From a virus, in the IMG/VR virus record IMGVR_UViG_3300038856_000064, positions 32,001 to 96,000 of that record: DNA of 64,000 bases; one strand, written 5' to 3'. A program made the translations under genes and the position numbers. The notes below the pieces were generated by a model that had not been told where the DNA came from, ran no database searches, and saw nothing but the letters and a program-made list of their open reading frames with translations. Of this stretch, positions 54,675 through 63,998 are shown in pieces (the first letter of the stretch is position 1; each line of letters opens with the position of its first letter).

Positions 54675-55640
54675 TTACGAACGTCCCCCCTTACCCTTAA
54701 TTTTGGGATTTTTTCCATCTATTCCTGCTCTTAATTCAGCCCACTTGACATCACAAAGTGGTCTATTACATAAATACTTACAGTAATGGTCATAGGCACG
54801 ACGCTTAATAACTTTTGACGTCTTAATCTTATTATATAAGTCTACTACTAAACGACGCGTTAATTCATCATCTTCTCCAGTAAAGACGTGTTCCAATGGA
54901 ACGCCACGAAAGTAATCAAACTGAACCCAGTAGTACTTATACTCTGGATACATAATCTTTGCAGCATAGGAATACATCCTTGGTTGAAGATCCTGAATAA
55001 ATTTTTCATGCTGTGGAATCGAGTATCCAGTTTTGTAATCAATGACGAGAAGGGTTTCGGGATCATACTCTACAACTAGATCAATGAATCCATTCATCTT
55101 GATATCTTCCCCATCAGCATCGGCTCCCCACGAAATCTTTGCTGGAGCTTCTACGCCTATTACCTTACCATTAGGATTCTTCTTGCTCTTTATTCCGGTC
55201 TTGAAATACTTACCGTAGCGATCAATAGCCATCTCAACCATCATTAAGCCCTCATCGTAGAGCTTTTTGGGACATCCTTTAAAGTGTTCGACGTGCTTCT
55301 TTATGATACCACAGTGTGCAGACTTAGGATCAAAGAATGGGCAATCCTCACACTTCTTATCAATAAAAAACGAGGCACGCGCTTTTGACGGTGCCTTTTG
55401 CATATCATCAGAGAATGGCTTTAGTTTAGCAATATTCTCGTCATAGGCTTTTTTATAATCTACCTTACACTTGGATTCTGCGTATTCTTCTAGTGTGTTG
55501 TGTACAGCGCTACCAAATTCGCTCGCGAAAGTGTAGAGAAATAAGTCATCCGCATACCCCCATTCGTATGACAAAAAATACTGGAACTCGCATTCGATTC
55601 CCTTTTTGAGACGACTCGGAGATACGTAGGGAATTTTCAC
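54675..55640 (-). CDS. Cas4/AddB/RecB-like PD-(D/E)xK exonuclease
   Basis: SPSRL...C, GSAVH, GFIDLV, IDYKTG, QPRMY, C-terminal CKYLCNRPLC. Confidence 0.88.
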   Translation of the reverse strand: MKIPYVSPSRLKKGIECEFQYFLSYEWGYADDLFLYTFASEFGSAVHNTLEEYAESKCKVDYKKAYDENIAKLKPFSDDMQKAPSKARASFFIDKKCEDCPFFDPKSAHCGIIKKHVEHFKGCPKKLYDEGLMMVEMAIDRYGKYFKTGIKSKKNPNGKVIGVEAPAKISWGADADGEDIKMNGFIDLVVEYDPETLLVIDYKTGYSIPQHEKFIQDLQPRMYSYAAKIMYPEYKYYWVQFDYFRGVPLEHVFTGEDDELTRRLVVDLYNKIKTSKVIKRRAYDHYCKYLCNRPLCDVKWAELRAGIDGKNPKIKGKGGRS

Positions 55641-56272
55641 TTTACAAAGCTCTCTAGTCGCAGAATATTTTCTAGTTGTGCACGAAGATCATTAAATGAT
55701 CCATTATTATCTATATGGTAGTGATAACCATCATAGTCATCTAGTGCAGTTTCTGAAACATGTCCGTCACTTTCAAGTCCAGTATCGCGATCTATACCAA
55801 TAAGAACTCCTCTCTCTCCAGCAAATGTTGCCTCATTTGGAAAGCGACAATCTGCAACTACAACAATAGCATCATCACGATACTTCTTGCGGTAAACTGA
55901 CTTCACCCAAATATCTGGGTCCATTTGGTTGCGGAAGAGGTCAGTTCCAACAAATTGAAGAAGCTCGCGAACGGTCATAAATCCATTTGTATCATTCGGA
56001 GTCCACGCGCCACCAGGTGGAGTATTACCCCCCTGATCAGCATACATCATACTATCATCCTCTGGCCAGCGAACATCGGTCAACTTCTGCTTGCCAGTCT
56101 CAGTCTCCATATCCTCTCGTGGAATGTGGAAAATAATACTGCACGCATGCTTGAGGGCATCAGCAAAATGCACGATATGCACTGTTCGCCCCGGAAGCAT
56201 TTGCTGAATATAGCGAGCAGAGGTATCCTTGCCTACTTGCTTACGACCTGACAGCGTAATAAATCTAGCCAT
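55637..56272 (-). CDS. Deoxynucleoside monophosphate kinase
   Basis: SGRKQVGKDT, HFADALK, RELLQFVGTD, DCRFPNE, HVSE. Confidence 0.92.
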   Translation of the reverse strand: MARFITLSGRKQVGKDTSARYIQQMLPGRTVHIVHFADALKHACSIIFHIPREDMETETGKQKLTDVRWPEDDSMMYADQGGNTPPGGAWTPNDTNGFMTVRELLQFVGTDLFRNQMDPDIWVKSVYRKKYRDDAIVVVADCRFPNEATFAGERGVLIGIDRDTGLESDGHVSETALDDYDGYHYHIDNNGSFNDLRAQLENILRLESFVK

Positions 56273-56987
56273 TGGTTTTTACTCCTAGAATAATATCTGG
56301 TGCATGTGACAAGTCGGGAACCGTTATAACATTGCTTGATACCTGATCTTTGTCAACCTCAATACTCGTCCAACTAGAAGTATCAAGATGAATTGCGTTT
56401 AGGCCACAGGTCGTAGACGGAAGAATGTCGCTTCGAATACTATCTCCAATCATCCAAGAATTCTTTTTATCTACATTGTGCTTGATGCAAAAGTCGTCAA
56501 ATACTTCGCTCGTCTTCTTTAGGACAACCCAGCAATCGTGGAATAAATTCCTCATTGTTAGGTCGTCGAATCTCTTTATTTGAACCCAGCGTTCGCCCGC
56601 AGTGATGACACCCACCTTGTATCCGGCGTTTGCCATCTGGCGCACTACACTGGCTGCATAGTCATACTCAATTGAAGTTTGATCAAACACAGACATTGCC
56701 ATTCGTCGTGCCTGCTTTACTATATTATCACCATCTCTAGGCCAGAATCCTCCGCCTTCTAGAAAATGTTTAACAGTTAACTCAAATGACTCTGCAAACC
56801 TATCAGTGGAGTATCCATGCTCCTCAAATAATTTTACATCAATCTCATCCTGCTTCTTTATGACCTCGTCACGATCGAACCCCCTCTCCATCATGAGATC
56901 GCCAAGTCGAGCGGACGCATTTATATACAGCGGTCCTGTATCGATAAGGGTATTGTCCATATCGAAGATTATCCATTTATTTTTCAT
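56265..56987 (-). CDS. HAD-superfamily hydrolase
   Basis: FDMDNTL, ITAG, K, MIGDSIRSDI. Confidence 0.9.
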   Translation of the reverse strand: MKNKWIIFDMDNTLIDTGPLYINASARLGDLMMERGFDRDEVIKKQDEIDVKLFEEHGYSTDRFAESFELTVKHFLEGGGFWPRDGDNIVKQARRMAMSVFDQTSIEYDYAASVVRQMANAGYKVGVITAGERWVQIKRFDDLTMRNLFHDCWVVLKKTSEVFDDFCIKHNVDKKNSWMIGDSIRSDILPSTTCGLNAIHLDTSSWTSIEVDKDQVSSNVITVPDLSHAPDIILGVKTNG

Positions 56988-58078
56988 ATATACTCCTTAA
57001 GTAGCATACGCAATTGCGCAGGATCACAAGAGCCAGGATCACTATCTCCCTCAAGAACAATATTCTTAAACTCGAAATAATCCTTACAAAGCTTAGCTAC
57101 CATCCTGCTCGCCTTTTGGCCAGGTTCATCGCCATCAAGAATGCATACAATTTTCCTACACCCAACTTTATTTAGTAGGGTTCGATGATGCTTGCCAAAT
57201 CCTGTTCCTAAAATAGCCACCACATTTTTAATGCCGGCTTCCCACATACGCATTACGTCCATTGGACCCTCAACTAGAATAATAGTTTTGTCTGGCCCCA
57301 TAAAATTCTTAGCACGGTGTAGATTAAATAGCACTGATGATACATAAAACTTTTCTTCGTCCGATCTTTCAGAGGATCTCTTTCTAATCTCAGCAAAGTT
57401 TAACGCATGACACCATTTTGGGTTCCATCTTTCTATGAGATTGTCATCTAGTAGGCGGCATGTAAAGGCTATAAGGTAACCATCTATCGGGTCATAAACT
57501 GGCACTATGGCTCGCCCCTCCCCATATGTTTTTGCCTTATGCCATTCTCCACCACAACCAAACTCTTTGATTACCTCATCAGAGAAGCCACGATTCTTAA
57601 AGTAAGTGCTTGGTTTTAGATGACACATAAGGTCCTCCTCCATGCGCTTATGCTTAACAAGCTGTGACCTTTTGCGAATAACTTGTTCTAACCGCTGTGC
57701 TTCTGCGCTGTCAAGTTCTTTTATCTCATCGATATCTCGATCTACGACATCTAGAATCCATTGCACGGAATCTTTAAAACCCACCTTCTTAACGGCTTGT
57801 ATTAGGGCAAAGACATCAGCACCATATACTTGATGACATCTATTTGTAAAGCATTGCCACATCTGTCTATCAAAGTCCCAACTAAAGGCTTGATTGTTAT
57901 CGTTCGGCGTTCTACCATTAGTGTGTGGAACCGGACAACATCCTACCAGACGACTCCCCTGATCCATCCACTTAGGGGTAAGCTTCTTCATTATTAAGCG
58001 CATATTCTTATGCGCAACTTTTCTAATGCCCTCGATCTTGGCCTTAGTGAGTGGAGCGTTTTGTGACTCAGTTGCCAT
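56984..58078 (-). CDS. dnaG: DNA primase (CHC2 Zn finger + TOPRIM)
   Basis: CPVPH..CFTNRC, LFNL, LVEGPMDV, DGDEPG. Confidence 0.92.
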   Translation of the reverse strand: MATESQNAPLTKAKIEGIRKVAHKNMRLIMKKLTPKWMDQGSRLVGCCPVPHTNGRTPNDNNQAFSWDFDRQMWQCFTNRCHQVYGADVFALIQAVKKVGFKDSVQWILDVVDRDIDEIKELDSAEAQRLEQVIRKRSQLVKHKRMEEDLMCHLKPSTYFKNRGFSDEVIKEFGCGGEWHKAKTYGEGRAIVPVYDPIDGYLIAFTCRLLDDNLIERWNPKWCHALNFAEIRKRSSERSDEEKFYVSSVLFNLHRAKNFMGPDKTIILVEGPMDVMRMWEAGIKNVVAILGTGFGKHHRTLLNKVGCRKIVCILDGDEPGQKASRMVAKLCKDYFEFKNIVLEGDSDPGSCDPAQLRMLLKEYI

Positions 58079-59561
58079 TGTTTGTAGCTCCTTGACCAGC
58101 CTTTCTTACACCACCTTGTGGATTGGCCTGTGGCGTGGGTTGGGCAGCCTGAGGCGGGGCAAGCTTTGCCACACCTAGCTCCTTGAACTTACCAATGCTT
58201 AGGTCGGCACTAACATCAATATGTGTACTAATGCCCTTTCCATATCTAGATGCTAAATTATGCATTTCGTGTGTTCCGTTTGGGTATTTTACTAAATCAT
58301 CCGCATCCTTTTTATGCCATAAACTAACAGAGTCAACTAACTCAACGATCTTCTTGGCACCAGCAATCATGCTAAGGTCTTTATCCATGGCGCGATTCGT
58401 TTGTCCAAATGCTAGGATTGGAAGATTAAACTCTTCCGCGAAATCATGAAGCGCCATACAGGTATCTCCTAGAATATCATGAGCGCCAACACCAGCTTTC
58501 TTGACTTCGTCAATTCTGGAAAGCTTAATATAGTCCCATACAATTAGACAACGGGCGCTACGATTTTGCTTATCAATACCAGCATTCTGAACTACCCAAC
58601 GACGCAAAAATGGTATCATTTCGCGCGCTGTCATTCCCGTCATCTTTTTATAAAACAACTTATGCGCTACAAATTCCTTGCGAATATTTTCATCCTCAAT
58701 AACCTGGCGTGCTATCTGACACTGTGTCGCGAAGGTCTTGTCATACCCCTCGCGCTGAATCCTGTTAGTGTCACACTTCCAATAGCCAGTCTCTAGAATT
58801 TCATAATTTACTTCTGTATGCATGCCAAATGCACGAACTGATTGCGCGGTCTCATTCAACTCACTATCACAATATAACACTGGGATGTGGCGAGAAAGTT
58901 CAACTGCCGCACGAGCACCTATTTGGCTTTTGCCAGCTTTAGCGGTCGCTGCAACAAACGTTACTGTCCCGTTTCTAAGTCCGCCAATACTACGCTGCCA
59001 TAGAGGAAAGCCAATATCTACACCTAGCTCACCCGGATGATCTGCTAGATCCTCAATGATATCCAGTGCTCGTTCTGGTAGGTGAATAATCTCATCATCT
59101 ACCACACCCTGAAGTTTGTTGGATAGATCAATAAGGGCTGTATCCATATGATTGATGATGTCGCTAGTCTCATCTGGAGTATCTTCCAGATATTTATCTA
59201 GCCTCTTCATCATGCCACGATAACCCCTCTTGACGGTTTCTCTCTTCACCTGTAGAAAGGAACGTCCAACGTCAGCCTTAGATGCCTCATATTCTAAGCA
59301 AGCCTCTACTAATTCTCCGTCACGAGTGACATCTAGAAAATCTTTCATTCCCAGGGCACTAGCTTCTGCTAGTAATCCTGCATGCGTTACAACAAGATCA
59401 CCCTGAGTATTCATCAATAGACGCTGTAATACAATGAAAAACTTCTTATGGGCTTTTGACGTAAAATCATCTACAGATAAATGCTGTTGCACATTAAAGT
59501 AGACATCTGGATTTTTGCACAACCCAGCTAAAAGCGCAAACTCGGCTGCGACATTATTCAT
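58068..59561 (-). CDS. dnaB: Replicative DnaB-like helicase
   Basis: AATAKAGKS, DSE, WDYIKL, QTNR, SRYG. Confidence 0.88.
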   Translation of the reverse strand: MNNVAAEFALLAGLCKNPDVYFNVQQHLSVDDFTSKAHKKFFIVLQRLLMNTQGDLVVTHAGLLAEASALGMKDFLDVTRDGELVEACLEYEASKADVGRSFLQVKRETVKRGYRGMMKRLDKYLEDTPDETSDIINHMDTALIDLSNKLQGVVDDEIIHLPERALDIIEDLADHPGELGVDIGFPLWQRSIGGLRNGTVTFVAATAKAGKSQIGARAAVELSRHIPVLYCDSELNETAQSVRAFGMHTEVNYEILETGYWKCDTNRIQREGYDKTFATQCQIARQVIEDENIRKEFVAHKLFYKKMTGMTAREMIPFLRRWVVQNAGIDKQNRSARCLIVWDYIKLSRIDEVKKAGVGAHDILGDTCMALHDFAEEFNLPILAFGQTNRAMDKDLSMIAGAKKIVELVDSVSLWHKKDADDLVKYPNGTHEMHNLASRYGKGISTHIDVSADLSIGKFKELGVAKLAPPQAAQPTPQANPQGGVRKAGQGATNNGN

Positions 59562-59892
59562 TCCATTCACCCTCAAGCTTCTTCAATAGTAACTCCTTGC
59601 TCATAGTTTCATTATACGCAACCCTAATTAGGGTTATTCCTAATTCATCGCAACGTATGTCTTTTTTGACATCACGCTTTTTCGCTGCGATAAAATTCTC
59701 TCGTGTATCATGAAAGTGCTCACAAAATCTAAAGTGCTGCTCTCCATCAAATTCAAAAGCAACCTTTAATGCTGGAATATAAATATCCAAAAACAAAGCT
59801 CCACGCTCTGCTATATTATATTCAAGCTCAATTTTTTGGTGAGGAAAAACCTCCTTCACCAACTCTAGCAATTCCTCTGACCCCTTACTCAC
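59554..59892 (-). CDS. Vsr/DUF559-like endonuclease
   Basis: SKGSE..., LDIYIP..AFEFDGEQH..RDVKK..GITLIRV. Confidence 0.8.
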   Translation of the reverse strand: MSKGSEELLELVKEVFPHQKIELEYNIAERGALFLDIYIPALKVAFEFDGEQHFRFCEHFHDTRENFIAAKKRDVKKDIRCDELGITLIRVAYNETMSKELLLKKLEGEWNE

Positions 59893-60913
59893 TAAAAGTC
59901 TCAGGATATAATTCCTTCAGATCATCTAGGATCTGATTATATAGGGTATCATTACTACGCAGGATATCAACGAATGTTTTATGTGGGCGCTTCTTAATCT
60001 CTCCTTTGTCATCTGGGACAAGGAAATATTTTCCTTCTTTTTCTATTATGCCCAGGTCCCCCGCAAGGACAGCCAATTCCTCGTAAACGTCTATCCCCTT
60101 TCCATAAATTAACGGAAACTTACCCTTTACGAAAGGAGGGGCAACCTTATTCTTGATTACCTTGAATCGAACTTCATGTCCGATTTGATTTCCCTCATCG
60201 TTTTTAATTCGCGTATCATTAACGATATCCATAAGCTCAATTCGTTGTGCAGCATAAAATGGCAATGCTCTTCCACCACTAGTAGTATCTGGATTACCAT
60301 ACGCACCTATCTTACTGCGCAATTGATTCAAGAAAATGACAGTTCCTTTGGTCTGTCCAGCAGCCTGCTGCAATTTTCTACAGCCGGCACTCATTAGCTT
60401 AGGCAGGGTACCGACGTCAGTTTCTCCGATATCCTTTTTATTCGTTTGCTCCGGTATCAGCGCGTCGACAGAGTCGATAGCGACGATTGATCCAGGGTAT
60501 TGGCGCAGCCATACCTCAGCCAGTCGAAGGGCTTCGTCTCCAGTGGGTGCTGTAAAAACCTCTAGGCTTCCCTTCTTTCTCAGGGCTGGAAAAGAATCAA
60601 CTAGGGTAGGTTGTAGGGCTTGCTCTTGGTCTAAGAACAGGCACTTCTTACCACGCTTAACAGCCTCAGCTAGAATAGATAGTACCAGTGTAGTCTTACC
60701 GGCACCTTGGTTGCTATAAATCTCGATGATCGCCCCTTCATAAATCGGAACCTGAAGGTTTATGTCAAGACTTAGTGATCCAGTGGGATTTCCCTTTGGC
60801 AATTTTAGTTCATCGCCCGTGCGAAACTGGGTATCTGCGAATTGTTTTTTAAGACGATTCATAAATAGCTTGTGTTCGCGATCCGACATGTTTTGTTCCT
60901 CAGTTGTTTCCAC
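59885..60913 (-). CDS. recA: RecA recombinase
   Basis: TGSLSLD, GAGKTT, IDSV, FLNQLRSKIG, TTSGGRALPFYA, KNKVAPPF. Confidence 0.96.
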   Translation of the reverse strand: METTEEQNMSDREHKLFMNRLKKQFADTQFRTGDELKLPKGNPTGSLSLDINLQVPIYEGAIIEIYSNQGAGKTTLVLSILAEAVKRGKKCLFLDQEQALQPTLVDSFPALRKKGSLEVFTAPTGDEALRLAEVWLRQYPGSIVAIDSVDALIPEQTNKKDIGETDVGTLPKLMSAGCRKLQQAAGQTKGTVIFLNQLRSKIGAYGNPDTTSGGRALPFYAAQRIELMDIVNDTRIKNDEGNQIGHEVRFKVIKNKVAPPFVKGKFPLIYGKGIDVYEELAVLAGDLGIIEKEGKYFLVPDDKGEIKKRPHKTFVDILRSNDTLYNQILDDLKELYPETFSE

Positions 60914-61373
60914 TCTCTAGCTCCTTCAGGATATCAGTCAGGGTCTTTTTATGAGTCCCACTATTTTCTTTTGTCGTATAACCAGTAGTCTGTTCTATAT
61001 AACTACTGCTATCTTTTTTGAGGGTGGAGTGTAGGGCAACGTAATAGCTCGTAAATTTGTCTATATTACACCACTTGAAGTACTGCCTTATTTTCCATCG
61101 TAAAAGGCCGAACTCTTTGTAGTCCAAATCTGTTATCTTGTAAAATTGAATGAACCACGCAAGTTGTTCAGGACTTACGTCAAGTTTTCTGACACTTTTT
61201 ACTTTAGTGAGTAATTTTCCCCACTCCTTGACAAAAGGGCCACCCTTTCTCCAACTACCCTCGGGGAGCGCACCATATCTATTAATCAGGATTGCCTCTA
61301 CTAAAAAGTTTGGCAAATCGTGCTTTACTTTCGGAGTAGATGGACTATTAAATCTCTTGTCTTTAGTTGTCAT
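60900..61373 (-). CDS. Hypothetical protein
   Basis: 157 aa; first gene of the recA-dnaB-dnaG operon. Confidence 0.7.
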   Translation of the reverse strand: MTTKDKRFNSPSTPKVKHDLPNFLVEAILINRYGALPEGSWRKGGPFVKEWGKLLTKVKSVRKLDVSPEQLAWFIQFYKITDLDYKEFGLLRWKIRQYFKWCNIDKFTSYYVALHSTLKKDSSSYIEQTTGYTTKENSGTHKKTLTDILKELESGNN

Positions 61374-61389
61374 GGGTTCCTCTTTACTT

Positions 61390-61417
61390 ATTATGTGTCA
61401 GAAAGAGGAGTTCGTGC
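61390..61417 (-). promoter_or_regulatory. Phage promoter class B
   Basis: GCACGAA-N11-GACACATAAT. Confidence 0.75.
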
Positions 61418-61430
61418 GCGTTTTCTTAAA

Positions 61431-63998
61431 TTAGCTAAAACGAATAAAGTTTTGCCGATTGCTCAAAAAGAATTTGCCTACCTGCTCTGTACCCGTTCCA
61501 GGACTTGAGTCGGTGTCCAAAACCGCTGCGTTCATTAAAATACCCTTGTCTCCCACGATAACGAATTCAGGATTTGGCACAGGAACAATATCAGTTTCCG
61601 TTACAGCATTCTGATCAACATCACCATTATCTAGAAGATTTTTAACACTTACCAAGGCGCCTGACGTACCAACATTATCAACAGAAATAACCTGAACTGG
61701 CGTAGACGAATTTCCACCAGGGTTCAAAAACACACCTGGAGTGGTTAAGGTTAAGTCTGGGCGCTCTAAAACTCGTGGCGTACTATTATTCGCTTGCGAG
61801 GCAAGTGTTGTAAGTTCACCTACATTTACTGCTCCGTTCAAAAGAGGAACGTCAACTAGACGACGAAGTGGGTTGGTATCTTGAATCGCTACGTCAAATA
61901 CACTACTAGATGTTCCTATGCCGCTTACAAAAACTACTGTGCCATTAGAAAATGGACGACCGCCAGTCCAATAGCGCTGAATTTCTCTACGTCCACCAGG
62001 TAACTTAAATTCATTGACGTGATAAAGTGCCTCGTCACCTATATTGAGAAATCCGTCAACACAAATAGCTCCGCCCCTACCAACATCAGGATCAAAATCC
62101 GGATCCGTACTGCCAGGACTCTTGGCTGGTACCGTGTATTCTTGTTGTGTTTCTCCGCGATAACGTTCTTGCGAGCCAGGTTCTGGAATATTGGTAAATG
62201 TTAATGCGAAGTTTACTTCACTAATAGTAGCTCTACGAATTGTTTCACCCTTGCCACGAGATTCGCCAATGATTGGTGGCGGGGTGGGGCGTGGCGGAAC
62301 GCGCGTAGAAGGAGCCAGGGGACTTGCAACATCAAAATCAATTGGTGCTATAATACCATTTAGAATGGCCCGCTGGCGTTCACCCAACGGTGCGTCACGA
62401 CCAAACTCAGCAAAGAAACTAGCAATACGATAATTACTTTTAATGCCGCCAAGACCAAGCGTAAAGTTAACCTCGGTTATTCCATGATTACGAACACCAA
62501 TAACCCCACTAGAGTTTGGTTCGTTATTAGAAAATGCGTCGAATGAAACTTTCGGCAAGCCCACTATCTCAATTTGAGAAAACTGAGAATTAGCTGCTGG
62601 CGCTATTAAGCCTTGCAGTCTACGAAACGCCCTGTCTTCCATTAACTGAATAGATGTTGTACGTCCCTGTGGTGGAAAATTCCATGGAGCAAACTGATTG
62701 TCAATGACGACAACCTCTGAGTCACATGGAGTAGCTAGTTGTCCACTAACCCACGTCTGCGGAAATGACATTCCATAGCGTTCAGTAAACGTAACCGGAA
62801 TAGCAACACCAGTCAGTTGTGTGTATGGATTGATCAAAATTCCAGGATCGACAATATCAAAAATACCAGAACTCGTCGAGTCTAGTGCATCCTCAGCAAG
62901 CGTTACTAGGTTACGGAAGATGAAGCTTTCGTTCAAACCAGTACCTGCAATAATAGGAAGCTCTGCTAAGATAGTCCCCTCTGGATACTCTTCGAAAGCC
63001 GCTAATTGGTCACGAGGATCAATCGGTAATTGGCCAACCTCTGTCAAGGTTATAGGAACGTAATGTTCTCCAGTGCGAGTGCGTCTGCCAGAATCTGCTG
63101 GTGCGTTACCAATATTGTAATCTTCTGTCCACTGACCAAAACCAGCCGGTGGATCTTCCCCCTCTGGGCCATAAACGGTGCCAGACGGAAGGACACAATA
63201 TGCTGTGATTTTATCGTCAGTCCCCTTGAATGGGGCTAGCGGTCCTAGGTCTCTATTGATCTCATAGTTATTTACAAATAAACCACTAGAACCAGTAACA
63301 CTAATAGTTTGCCCTTCTATTTGGTTTTCAATATTGCCCCATGCTGAATTTGCTAGTTGAAATGCACCAGAGGCAGCATTAGCTAATAATCCAGATGCAA
63401 TGAATGCACGACCAAAGAATCTTGCTGCGTGATCACGAACCCTATTGTAAAAATTTAAAACCCAATTCTGATTAGCGTCACGACGATTATTGATAAGACG
63501 GATCTGGCCAGATTCGTTACCACCTAGAGTGGCAATTGGTTGGGCTGGATCAAAACGACTCTGAAAATCTGGATGTTGTGCTGCTATCGTTCCAGCATCT
63601 CCTGCGAGACCAAAGCCTGGAGAAGTCAAGCCAAGATTAAGCGGTGCCGCCTGATACTTCTTAAAGTATGTCCAGTGTTCAATACTTTTCAATGCCGCCT
63701 GCAACTCTAGGTCTGTTGGCTTATAGCTACGCAAAATTCCAACAGCGTCAGTAAATTGCACAGAAAAATTTGGCCACGCTGGCTGAAAAACAATGCCTGA
63801 TTCTGGCGCTGGAACACCGTCAATAGAGCCAAGTAGCGCAGAGTTTAGCCACCCCTCTTGATGCGCACCCAGAAGACGAACACGCCTAGGTTGTGTTACT
63901 AAATCGTCTCCATATTGTAAACTAATCGTTTGGTCTAGACCACTGACCGCGCCCAGGTCTGCCACGATACTCAAGAGGTCTGACTCTTGTAATTCGAA
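61431..63998 (-). CDS. Large putative virion (tail/baseplate) protein, 5'-truncated by window edge
   Basis: The frame stays open to the window end; Gly/Pro/Asn-rich beta composition; 13 Ser-Gly in the visible 847 aa. Confidence 0.6.
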   Translation of the reverse strand, partial: FELQESDLLSIVADLGAVSGLDQTISLQYGDDLVTQPRRVRLLGAHQEGWLNSALLGSIDGVPAPESGIVFQPAWPNFSVQFTDAVGILRSYKPTDLELQAALKSIEHWTYFKKYQAAPLNLGLTSPGFGLAGDAGTIAAQHPDFQSRFDPAQPIATLGGNESGQIRLINNRRDANQNWVLNFYNRVRDHAARFFGRAFIASGLLANAASGAFQLANSAWGNIENQIEGQTISVTGSSGLFVNNYEINRDLGPLAPFKGTDDKITAYCVLPSGTVYGPEGEDPPAGFGQWTEDYNIGNAPADSGRRTRTGEHYVPITLTEVGQLPIDPRDQLAAFEEYPEGTILAELPIIAGTGLNESFIFRNLVTLAEDALDSTSSGIFDIVDPGILINPYTQLTGVAIPVTFTERYGMSFPQTWVSGQLATPCDSEVVVIDNQFAPWNFPPQGRTTSIQLMEDRAFRRLQGLIAPAANSQFSQIEIVGLPKVSFDAFSNNEPNSSGVIGVRNHGITEVNFTLGLGGIKSNYRIASFFAEFGRDAPLGERQRAILNGIIAPIDFDVASPLAPSTRVPPRPTPPPIIGESRGKGETIRRATISEVNFALTFTNIPEPGSQERYRGETQQEYTVPAKSPGSTDPDFDPDVGRGGAICVDGFLNIGDEALYHVNEFKLPGGRREIQRYWTGGRPFSNGTVVFVSGIGTSSSVFDVAIQDTNPLRRLVDVPLLNGAVNVGELTTLASQANNSTPRVLERPDLTLTTPGVFLNPGGNSSTPVQVISVDNVGTSGALVSVKNLLDNGDVDQNAVTETDIVPVPNPEFVIVGDKGILMNAAVLDTDSSPGTGTEQVGKFFLSNRQNFIRFS

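Noticed and set aside
54675-55640. CRISPR-Cas system suggested by the Cas4-like gene
   Set aside because: There is no array and no other cas gene; the replication context fits a solo phage exonuclease.
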